A DNA stretch of 63,323 nucleotides, filler included, from Octopus bimaculoides (lineage: Eukaryota), in assembly GCF_001194135.2 (NCBI RefSeq). It is 4 parts of 4 records of this genome, joined end to end, with 100 filler letters (N's around TTAATTAATTAA, not from the genome) between each part and the next. Parts side by side here need not be neighbours in the genome. Positions count along the whole stretch, not along the records: positions 1 to 27,910 come from NC_069003.1; 3 more parts are not named here. One strand, given 5' to 3'. Position 1 is the first letter of the stretch; every line of letters starts with the position of its first letter. Under the pieces are notes generated by a model. That model saw only the letters and a list, made by a program, of their open reading frames with translations. It searched no databases and was not told the origin of the DNA. A program made the translations under genes and the position numbers. Shown piece by piece: positions 1 through 11,104 of the stretch.

Positions 1-34
<34 letters not shown>

Positions 35-49
35 CATACATACATATAT

Positions 50-211
50 CCGACGGGGTTCTTTCAGTTTCCATCTACCAAATCCACTCACAAGGCTTTG
101 GTCGGCCCAAAGCTATAGTAGAAGACACTTGCTCAAGGTGCCATGCAGTAGGACTGAACCCGGAACCATGTGGTTCGTAAGCAAGCTTCTTACCATACAG
201 CCACTCCTACA
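50..211 (-). mobile_element. tRNA-derived SINE family C head (CORE-like core ggcaccttgggcaagtgtctt)
   Basis: Reverse complement matches copies at 10187, 18370, 21334, 47650, 52603 and 62060; abuts a (TA)n tract. Confidence 0.8.
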
Positions 212-292
212 TGATTAGAAAATAAATATCTTGTTTCTTTTATATTACAAAGTTTAAAGGCCTTTAGTTATTTACATATATTTATATTTCAA

Positions 293-729
293 GAGGTAAT
301 ATTTATCCCCACTTGAACACAGTTTAGTTTGTTCCAACAGAGCATCCTCATTTAAGTAGGGTTAAATGTTACCTGTCAGTATTAATACTGCCTCTGTTGC
401 TAATATATATTGTGTTTAACAAGCTCACTGGCTAATCATGACACCAGTGCCTGCTCTGGCACTGTGATTGTATATATCACTGGCATGGAAATAGAAATAA
501 GTCACTGTATCCCTAGTGGTCAAGTGTGCATCATTGAGAAGACCAAGGAAGGTCAAAATCATGTCATCTGGTTGTCTTGGCACCAGAGATACAGTGGGGA
601 TTTATCTCCTCGCTAGTGATATAAACAAGAATGTATTTTGCCAATATGAGAGTTTCTCTCATGGTTTCTACCACAGTATAGTTTGTTCTAACAGAATATC
701 CATGTTTATGTGGGGATAAATATTACCTC
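293..729. mobile_element. MITE-like element with 20-bp terminal inverted repeats
   Basis: GAGGTAATATTTATCCCCAC at 293 and its reverse complement GTGGGGATAAATATTACCTC ending at 729; TSD unclear. Confidence 0.55.
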
Positions 730-1150
730 AAGGTATTAATACTGCCTCTGTCGCTAATATATATTTTTATTTCATTATCTCTATTTTATTTGTTTTTGTT
801 TTTTTTAAATTTATTATTTACAAATAATATTTTGCATTTGTTAAATTCAGCATTTTATATATGCTCAGTGCAGGTTTTATTCTGTTTTATTCAGGTGAGT
901 TACTAGTGTTATGCCATAGTTTCTAGAGCATTCCGTGCACCAGAACCAAGCCTGCTAAATTTTTTCTTATCTTTAGCTATATAAATGTATGTATGTATGT
1001 ATGTATGTATGCTTGAATATTTCTTTGTAGAACAAATATTTGTGGAAAAAAAAAATCTTTATGGAAATATTTTTACCTTGTTTCTATTAGTATTGTTGTC
1101 ACTGTTGTTGTTGTTGTTGTTGTTGTTGTTATTATTTTTAATATTAATTA

Positions 1151-1181
<31 letters not shown>

Positions 1182-1190
1182 TATTATTAA

Positions 1191-1625
1191 GGTGGCAAGC
1201 TGGCAGAATTGTTAGCATGCTGGATGAAATGCATAGTGATGTTTCACCTGTCACTACATTCTGAGTTCAAATTCTGCCAAGGTTGACTTTACTTTTTATT
1301 CTTTCGGGGTCGATAAATTAAGTACCAGTGAAACACTGCGGTTAATGTATTGACTTGTTCCCTTCCCCAAAGTTTCAGGCCCTGTTCCTATAGTAGAAAG
1401 GGTTATTATTATTAGTAAGATGAAAAGCTAGCAGGATCATTAGTACACAAGGCAAAAGGCAGCATTTCATCCGTTTTTATGTTCTGAGTTTAAATTCTGC
1501 TGGTATTGACTTTGCCTTTCATCCTTTTGGAGTTGATAAAATAAGTACCTGTTAAACACTGGGATCGATGTAATTGACTAGTCCCCTCCCCCCAAATTTC
1601 AGGCCTTGTGCCTATAGTAGAAAGG

Positions 1626-1628
<3 letters not shown>
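1191..1628 (+). mobile_element. Two tandem copies of SINE family B (ggcgagctggcagaatcgttagca...tttcatcctttcggggtcgataaa...(ATT)n)
   Basis: Two homologous ~215-bp units (about 1191-1410 and 1420-1628) flanked by (ATT)n; the same sequence recurs more than 10 times in the window. Confidence 0.85.
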
Positions 1629-1671
<43 letters not shown>

Positions 1672-1672
<1 letters not shown>

Positions 1673-2770
1673 GTAATGTCTTGGTGCTTTGGTTTGTCTC
1701 TATGTTTTTTTAAACATGCCTAGTGCACCTATTATTATAAGGATTATTTCTGTCTTCAGAAAGATCTATTGCCAGATCTTTGTATGTTGAGAGTTTCTCC
1801 ATTTCTTTTAGGGATACATTATCATCTGTTCAGAGTAATATGTCAATTAGAAGGCATTTTGTTTTTCTTGATGGTCCTTGACAACAATATCTGGCCTATT
1901 AGCTTTGATCTCTCTGTGTGTATTGGCATATCTCAGAGTATGGTTCCTTTGTCACTTTCTGAGGCCTTTTCGGGCATATGCCTATAACAATCTTTTTCCT
2001 CATGTTATTCCATAATACTGGCACAGCTTCCAGTGTATTTAAGTTCCAATCTTTCATGTCTGTGAATGTATTCCTTCTTGGCCAGGACTGGGCAACCAGA
2101 TGCAATATGATTTTCTTGTTTCTTCCTCATCACCACATATTCTGCAGTTGCTTATTGTATTTTTCTTCATTGTGTGTTTCTGGAAGTTTCTGGTGGAGAG
2201 ACTTTGATCTTCTGCCACAGTGAAAAACCCTTCAATCTCTGCTTTGGGATGCAAACCTCTCAACCAGTCTTTGTATTTTGCATTGTTTATTTCTTTTTTG
2301 TTTAGCTTATCCCTGTATTTACCCATGTAAGGGCTTTTCTTGTCATAGTTTTATCATATTATTTTGTAGTTCCTGTTTTAGTTTAGATTTTTTGTTGCTT
2401 TACAGCTTTTGATGTTTCTTCTTTTTCTTCATAGTTATCAAATATTATGAAGTCCTACTTGTAGTTTTCTGCTTTCTCGAAGACAGAAAAACAGTTTGTT
2501 TTGCTCATGCTTTGTGGTTATTTATTCCAGTTTTCCTTGGTTCTGAATAAGATGTTTCTGTATTCCTATGGTGGTTATTTTAGAGTAGTTTTCTAGTTGT
2601 ATAAGGCCTCTACAACCTTCAATTTATTGTGTATATAACCTTTCTACATCAGGTTTTGGGTGGTGTATTCTATGTTCCATCATTATTTTACTTGTTTCCC
2701 TGTCTAGTTTGGCTAGTTCATACGATCAATTAAGAATATTGTAACTGTTATTTATAACTTGGACAACTAG
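1672..2770 (-). mobile_element. 5'-truncated, decayed non-LTR retrotransposon with restriction-like endonuclease (R4/Dong-like)
   Basis: Minus frames give IEGFFTVAEDQSLSTRNFQK..CRICGDEEET (CCHC-region motif) and downstream REL-like segments. The 3' end abuts the (AAT)n tract at 1629-1671. Confidence 0.75.
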
Positions 2771-2964
2771 AATATTGATGCCTGTTATCTTAGTTTTTGC
2801 ATTGAGCTCTATAATACTTCCTTACCTTTTCTTTCATTTGTGTATGTTGTACTTTATTTAGTTCATTGATTCTTAAGTATTTGTATGTCTGGCTTTGGTC
2901 TAGTTCCCTTATCTAGTTTCTTTACCTAGTGTGTTGTTGTTATGATTATTATTAATATTATTCA

Positions 2965-3445
2965 TATACTCACAACAGATAAGAGTGTTGGAAAATAAAA
3001 ATTCCTAACATTGGGCTACAAGTCTTATTATTATGTGATGAGAACTCACAGCTTATTTTGGTGGGTATGATGGAAAGTATCAGCTGTCCACAGCCGGCAG
3101 ACTAAGGTGACACTTATTTACTGGTCATGCTTCAAGAACCCAGCAAAGAATTCTTGCAGTTCCAAGCAATGCTGAGTTTTGAAGATGTTCTACCTTCACA
3201 AATCTTTTTCAGCCATGTTGGTAGTTGAGTGCTGATACTTCCAAGTGCACCAATTACTATTGGTATCACATCTGTTCTCCTCATTGACCACAACCTTCAT
3301 ATTTCCCACTTCAAATTGTCATAGTTTTTCATTTTTCCTTCTTCTTTCACATTGATCCTGTTGTCACCAGGACATGCTATGTCGATTATCATGCATGTTC
3401 TTTCTATTTTATTCACCACAACAATGTCCAGTTTCCAATGTCTGG
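2965..3445 (-). mobile_element. Second R4/Dong-like LINE 3' fragment (REL endonuclease)
   Basis: LDIVVVNKIERTCMIIDIACPGDNRINVKEEGKMKNYDNLKWEI followed by IPIVIGALG and LQNSALLGTARIL; flanked by AAT-rich tracts. Confidence 0.75.
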
Positions 3446-3487
<42 letters not shown>

Positions 3488-3491
3488 CCAG

Positions 3492-3707
3492 AAGGCAGTG
3501 AGCTAGCAGAATCGTTAGTGTGTTGGACAAAATACTTAGTGGCATTTCTTCTGACTCTTTACATTCTGAGTTCAAATTCCACTGAGGTTGAGTTTGCCTT
3601 TCATCCTTTTGGAATTGATAAAATAAATACCAGTTGAGTACTGGGGTCAATATAATCAACTTACCCTGCTTTCCCAAGCTTACTGGTCTTGCACCAAAAT
3701 TTGAAAC

Positions 3708-3708
<1 letters not shown>
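3492..3708 (+). mobile_element. SINE family B copy between (ATT)n tracts
   Basis: Homologous to the 1191 and 42755 copies. Confidence 0.8.
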
Positions 3709-3741
<33 letters not shown>

Positions 3742-3919
3742 TCCTTCCAGGATCAAAAAATAAAGTACCAGTCAAGTACTGGAATCAATGGTATTGATCA
3801 CCCCCACCTTGCACATGCATCAAAATTGTCAATGTTGTACTTAATTCAGAAACAATTGTTGTTATTATTTTTATAGCTTAATCCATTTACCTGTTTTTCT
3901 TTTCTTTTCTGCTATTTAG

Positions 3920-3983
3920 ATTCTATGGAAGAAAATCCTACGGAAGATAACTCCCACCACGGTAGTGGGACTTTACCAGCCAG
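3920..3983 (+). CDS. TMCC: TMCC exon (first seen in window), phase 1 in and phase 2 out
   Basis: tttag|ATTCTATGGAAG...CCAGCCAG|gtatgt encodes (D)[20 protein letters not shown](S). The split AG+C codon joins the next exon in frame, and DSMEE parallels vertebrate KDSLEE. Confidence 0.8.
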
Positions 3984-4021
3984 GTATGTTTGTCATCTCT
4001 CCATCTCTCTTTCTCTCTCTG

Positions 4022-4060
<39 letters not shown>

Positions 4061-7000
4061 TTTCCAAATAAATGTCTGTTGGCTTTATGAGGTGAATCTA
4101 CTGCAGAAATCCTTTTGATTTACTATTAGTTTATGTAGGGAAGTCCTAAGCGAGCTGGTCAAATTGTTAGCATGCTGGGCAAAATGCTTGTGGCATTTTG
4201 TTCATCTTCACGTTCTGAGTTCAAATTCTACTGAGGTTCACTTTTCTCTTTCATCCTTTCAAGATTGATAAAACAAGTACCACTTGAGTACTGGGGTTGA
4301 TGTAATTGACCCACCACCTCCCTTGAAATTGCTGGCCATGTGCCAAAATTTGAAATCAGTGTGGAGGAAGACAGGGGTGGCCAAATTGCAACTTATCAAT
4401 TGGAGACTTGTACATTTAAGTCACTTGGGGGGACTTCATCTGGTTGTAACTCCTTTCCGTTGACTCAGCTTTGAAGCTCATACTTGAAGAAGAAATAACG
4501 TTTGTTGTCATGGTAGCGGTGAAACATTAATACTATCACAATGACTCCATCAGAGTTACTTTCCTTAGCGTTAAAATATGAAAATATTGCCTTCAAGTGG
4601 TATGGAGATTGTTTTGTTCCTCCTTGACTAGATCCCCTTTAGGGCTTTGGCATTCCCCAACTGTTTCAAATAACCCCTAATATAAAACTGTAATGAATTT
4701 TTTTTTTAAATTTCCACCCCTTCTATTTTAGTTTTGTACTCCCTTTCTCAACGTATTTCCCTTTCACATTTTTACCATATAGATACATATACCGCCTGAC
4801 TGGCCCTCGTGCTGGTGGCATGTAAAAGCACCCACTACACTCTCTGAGTGGTTGGCGTTAGGAAGGGCATCCAGCTGTAGAAACTCTGCCAAATCAGATT
4901 GGAGTCTGGTGTTGCCATCCGGTTTCACCAGTCTTCAGTCAAATCTTCCAACCCATGCTAGCATGGAAAGCGGACGTTAAACGACGATGATGATGATGAT
5001 GATGATGATAACTGTGTATGGATATGTTTTCATCTCTCTCTTTCAGAACATGCTACAGTGTATCACATGCACTTGAAAGTGATAACAAATAGAAACAATT
5101 ATTTTATCTTTTCCTTCTTGTCACATTTCACTTTTTACAATGGCCATCACTTTTCATAATGGACATCAGTACATTATCCGTTTTAGAATAATATTGATAT
5201 AACTATTAACTCAATAATTTATATTGTTTTACCTGATGATGGATCTCTCACCATTAGTACAGCAATGAATAACAGAAACAATTCTAAATGATAACGCTAG
5301 ATCTTTAGTGTTGAAGGTAAGAAACAGAGGGATTAGGGAGATTTAAGGTTGGTAAGGGTTACAGAAGAATATCAGGAGGCTGATGTGAGGGGCAAGTGGC
5401 TTAAACATTTATGTGCACGGAGAGGGGATGAGACTGGTCACAGATAGCTTTAATTAGTCTTGCCCAAACCATTAGCTATTCAACCATTCATACCTTGTTT
5501 GTAGACTTTGGATACAAGTTTTGTTTATAAGTGTCTGTAAAACAGTTGCAAAGGAAGATGGCATCATCAACTTGTAAGAAGTGAAGATTTGTTGTTGGCG
5601 CTCCGTCGCTTACAATGTCTTGGGTTCCAGTTGATCCAATCAACGGAACAGCCTGCTCATGAAATTAACATGCAAGTGGCTGAGCACTCCACAGACAAAA
5701 TACAGGTACAACAGAAACAGGAAGAGTGAGAGAAAGTTGTGGTGGAAGAGTACAACAGGGTTCGCCACCATCCCCTGCCGGAGTCTTGTGGAGCTTTAGG
5801 TGTTTTCGCTCAATAAACACTCACAGCGCCCGGTCTGGGAATCGAAACCGCAATCCTATGATCGCGAGTTCACTGCCCTAACCACTGGGCCATTGTGCCT
5901 CCCAAGAAGTGAAGATATAAAGATGAAAATAGAAACATTTAGCCAGAGTGGGGGGAAGATTTTGCATTCATCAATAAAGGAGGTAAATCTTTGTCTCTTA
6001 TCATATTTCACTTAGTCATTACAAAGCCAACTATTTGAAACATCACTGTGAAGCAAATCACAAAAACATTTCACGTGATTATCCTCCAAAATCAGAATTA
6101 AGGAAAAATGAATTAACAGTGTTAAAAACCATCTCTAAGTAGTTAGCAAACATGATTGACAATGTTCAGTCAGGAATCTGATATCAATAAAGCCAGTTTT
6201 GTTATATTGTGGAATACTGTTTGTGCTAAATGCTCATATTCTGAATGAATATAGCTACTGTTGTTGCAGTATTAGATCCAAGTAACACAAAGCTTCAGTC
6301 ACTAATAAGCTCAAACACCCGTTTCATGCCACACTACGGAGAGGCAAGTAAAATGCAGAAGGATTTAAAATATTCTTTTGCATTCAGTTTAGCGATTGAT
6401 TAATCAACTGAGATACAAGAGAACCCACAACTGGTAGTATTTGATTGTGTTTTTTCTGAGTTAATTGTGTAAGAAATAATGTTGGATTTAGTGGAATTAA
6501 AAAAAAAGCAGCTCTTGGCTTTCTCATAAATCCTTAATGGAGCCTTAACAAATCCTGGTGTTCCACTGAACAAAACTTGTCAATGTTGCAGCAGATGGTG
6601 CCTCNNNNNNNNNNNNNNNNNNNNNNNNNNNNNNNNNNNNNNNNNNNNNNNNNNNNNNNNNNNNNNNNNNNNNNNNNNNNNNNNNNNNNNNNNNNNNNNN
6701 NNNNNNNNNNNNNNNNNNNNNNNNNNNNNNNNNNNNNNNNNNNNNNNNNNNNNNNNNNNNNNNNNNNNNNNNNNNNNNNNNNNNNNNNNNNNNNNNNNNN
6801 NNNNNNNNNNNNNNNNNNNNNNNNNNNNNNNNNNNNNNNNNNNNNNNNNNNNNNNNNNNNNNNNNNNNNNNNNNNNNNNNNNNNNNNNNNNNNNNNNNNN
6901 NNNNNNNNNNNNNNNNNNNNNNNNNNNNNNNNNNNNNNNNNNNNNNNNNNNNNNNNNNNNNNNNNNNNNNNNNNNNNNNNNNNNNNNNNNNNNNNNNNNN

Positions 7001-7458
7001 NNNNNNNNNNNNNNNNNNNNNNNNNNNNNNNNNNNNNNNNNNNNNNNNNNNNNNNNNNNNNNNNNNNNNNNNNNNNNNNNNNNNNNNNNNNNNNNNNNNN
7101 NNNNNNNNNNNNNNNNNNNNNNNNNNNNNNNNNNNNNNNNNNNNNNNNNNNNNNNNNNNNNNNNNNNNNNNNNNNNNNNNNNNNNNNNNNNNNNNNNNNN
7201 NNNNNNNNNNNNNNNNNNNNNNNNNNNNNNNNNNNNNNNNNNNNNNNNNNNNNNNNNACAAGGGGATATATATATATATATATATAATCTAAATTTACAT
7301 AAAGCATAAAAAATACAGAATATTAAGGAGGAATGCATTGTTTTTTTAACTCAACAGGTGTTTCTGGAAGCTTGGAATTATGTAATAATCCTAATTAGCT
7401 GATGGAATGTGCAGAAAGTCATGGTTATACAACCAGTAAATGGTCAAGTATAGTGTGT

Positions 7459-7514
<56 letters not shown>

Positions 7515-9007
7515 CTGATATCAATAAAGCCAGTTTTGTTATATTGTGGAGTACTGTTTGTGCTAAATGCTCATATTCTGAATGAATATAGCTGCATTTG
7601 TTGCAGTATTAGATCCAAGTAACACAAAACTTCAGTCCCTAATAGCTCAATCAATCGCTAAACTGAATGCGAGGAAATATTTTAAATCCTTCTGCGTTTT
7701 ATTTGCAGCATCAGCACTAATGTGAGTATATGCCTCTCTGTAGTGTGCCATATATANNNNNNNNNNNNNNNNNNNNNNNNNNNNNNNNNNNNNNNNNNNN
7801 NNNNNNNNNNNNNNNNNNNNNNNNNNNNNNNNNNNNNNNNNNNNNNNNNNNNNNNNNNNNNNNNNNNNNNNNNNNNNNNNNNNNNNNNNNNNNNNNNNNN
7901 NNNNNNNNNNNNNNNNNNNNNNNNNNNNNNNNNNNNNNNNNNNNNNNNNNNNNNNNNNNNNNNNNNNNNNNNNNNNNNNNNNNNNNNNNNNNNNNNNNNN
8001 NNNNNNNNNNNNNNNNNNNNNNNNNNNNNNNNNNNNNNNNNNNNNNNNNNNNNNNNNNNNNNNNNNNNNNNNNNNNNNNNNNNNNNNNNNNNNNNNNNNN
8101 NNNNNNNNNNNNNNNNNNNNNNNNNNNNNNNNNNNNNNNNNNNNNNNNNNNNNNNNNNNNNNNNNNNNNNNNNNNNNNNNNNNNNNNNNNNNNNNNNNNN
8201 NNNNNGAAATGCAATTCATGGTGTCTGATTATATTGTGAATTTTCTCTTGTAAATCAATTTTTGTGAACCCATGGATAGATCAAAAATTTGTGTTTATGA
8301 ATATGAGTTCCGTCATGGAACCAATGCAAACCAGACAGCTCAAAACATCAATGTGGTGTTTGGTGAAGATGTGATGAATGAGTGCACTATATGGCGATGG
8401 TTTGAGAAGTTCTGGTCTGGTGACTTTACTCTTGAAAATCAGCCCTGTGGTAGACCTGAGACCAAAGTGGATAATGATGAGCTGGAAACTGTAGTGGAAG
8501 TGGATACATCTCAAACTATGCATGAGTTAGCAGCAAGGTTTGATGTTTCGATTCCAACAGTATTAGACCATCTGAAACAAATCAGCATGGTAAAGAAGCT
8601 GGACAAGTGGGCACCACATGAAATAAACGAGCATCAGATGACACATCATCTTGAAACTTGCTGTTCTTTGCTGTCATGGCATAAAAGCGAACCATTTCTA
8701 CATCATATTGTTATTTGTGATGAAAAATGGATTCTTTTCAACAGTAGCAAGCGTTCTGCATGGTGGTTGGATAGAGACAAAGTGCCAAAACACAATCCCA
8801 AAAGAATATAAACCCAAAAAAAGCTAATGGTGTTTGTTTGGTGGTCCAGTGCTGGTGTCATCCACTACAGCTTCATGAGACCTGGTCAGTCAATTACAGT
8901 GGATGTATGCATCAACCATTTTGATGAAATAATGAGTGAACTTGCAATTAAACAACTGAGACTGGTCAATAGAGAGAGGCCAATTCTCTTGCAAGACAAT
9001 GCTTGAC

Positions 9008-9046
<39 letters not shown>

Positions 9047-9335
9047 AGAGAGAGAGCAGCTGCTCTTCCATTAACTTATAGATTTGCTATGCATCTAGGT
9101 GTATGTATGCTCTTTTATTCCTTTACTGGTTTCATTCATTGAACAGTAGCCCTGCTAGGATAATGTGTTCAAGGATTTCAAATTATTATGAAAACCACTT
9201 TTATTTATTTCAGTTTGGTGCTTATTTTATTGATCTATTTGTCAAATAGGACATAAAGAGGCACTGCATAAACACAGACATGAATGCACTCAGATGTGTT
9301 TCTACATGCACACACACATGCGCGCGCGCACACAC

Positions 9336-9375
<40 letters not shown>

Positions 9376-10475
9376 ACGCACACTGCACAAGTGTGTGTGT
9401 GTGTAAAGCTACCTTCTCAAATCATGCCAACTCATAAAGGCTGGTTTCCCTGTTACCATGGTGTATAAATTCTCTGCCTGGATAGGATGCTGGTCTATTA
9501 CAAGATTACTCACTTTTACCAGCTGAGTAGACTGAAGCAACATGAAATGACGTGTTTTGCTCTAGAACACAATGCGTCACCCAGTTCGGGAATTGAAACC
9601 ACAATCTTATGATCATGGGTCCAACAACCTAACCACTAAGTCACATGCCTCCACTGTGTGTGTGTGTGATTAAGAAGTTCACTTCTCAACGGTGTGATTT
9701 TGTATTCAATCCTATTGCACAGTACCTTGGGCAAGTATCTTCCACTCTAGCCCCAAGCTAATCAATGTCTTGTGAATGAATTTGGTAGATAGAAACTTTA
9801 CTAAGCCTATTGGAGGCAACATCCTGACATGGTCACAATTCAATGAGAGAAACCAATAAATGATTAAAAGAACACACATAGATCTAATTGCATAGCAAAT
9901 CAATAACTTCACATGTATTAGTGTGTCTGTGTGTGTGTGAATGTTTACATTCAGTTTCATATAAAAATTTTCTGAGTTACAGTTGGTAAAGTTTATTGTC
10001 TCTGTGTGTGAATAAATTGCCTACTAGCTCTGTACTTTCAAAGATGTGTGGGTTTTAAAAAGTCCCATACTTGAAAATCAGGCAGGGTTTAGTGACGGGA
10101 AGAATGTCCTGCTTCAATGATATGTATTTGTCTGACCCATGCTAGCTTGGAAAACACATGTAAAAACAGGTGAATATATATATATAGGTGTGCCTGTGTG
10201 ATAAGAAGCTTGCTTCCCAACCACATAGATCCAGGCTCAATCCCATTGCATAGACCCCTTGAGCAAGTGTCTTCTATTATAGCCTTGGGCTGACCAACGC
10301 CTTGTCAGTGGATTTGGTAGATTGAAACTGAAAGAAGCCCATCATATATATATATNNNNNNNNNNNNNNNNNNNNNNNNNNNNNNNNNNNNNNNNNNNNN
10401 NNNNNNNNNNNNNNNNNNNNNNNNNNNNNNNNNNNNNNNNNNNNNNNNNNNNNNNATGGAAAGCGGACGTCAAAC

Positions 10476-10507
<32 letters not shown>

Positions 10508-11065
10508 GTGTGTGTGTATGTCATTGTTTGTCCCCTACCGACATTTAGCTGTGCAATGACATTCTTAATTTACTCCAGAGAATATTCATGGTGATCCTTT
10601 GTCATCAATGATGCTCTCTCAACAAGAAGGAACTGATGTATAAAGTACTGTTGTTTAACCCCAGGTTAACCGTGTTCCAATAGATCAAAGGCATTCCAAC
10701 TGTGATCACTCCATTTTAGTGGCACCTTTAGAATTGAATTATTGGATGTGTCTTTTGTTTATTTAAGATGATAGAATGTGATATTTTAGTGGTATTTGGT
10801 TGTTATTTCTAGCAGGTTTGATGACTAAATAAAAACCCTTTGTCAGCTTGCTGATGTACAAAATGTTTGTGAGTGGGGAATGCAATACTATACAATATCA
10901 TCCAGTTTAATTTCTGCATGGAGAAGAATAGTTATAATAAATAGTAAGTGTTTATATATAAATATATAGTATTAGGGAAAAATACTGTGAAACTTAATTT
11001 AATTTTAGTTTTTAATAAATTGCTTTTAATTGAGTTTTTACCTGTAATTTCGGATTTCATCCCTA

Positions 11066-11104
<39 letters not shown>

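Noticed and set aside
5232-5280. CTGATGA as a hammerhead ribozyme core (also 23617, 39385, 39799)
   Set aside because: No stem II followed by GAAA with compatible stems I and III could be built by eye.
5047-5316. 270-nt segment bounded by tttcag and AG|gtaaga in the TMCC intron
   Set aside because: The required frame hits TAG after 14 codons and has no TMCC similarity. It could only be a poison exon, and nothing supports that.
6534-8239. Long ORFs made of X (also 28773, 37443, 44833, 49124)
   Set aside because: They span N gaps and are not real coding sequence.
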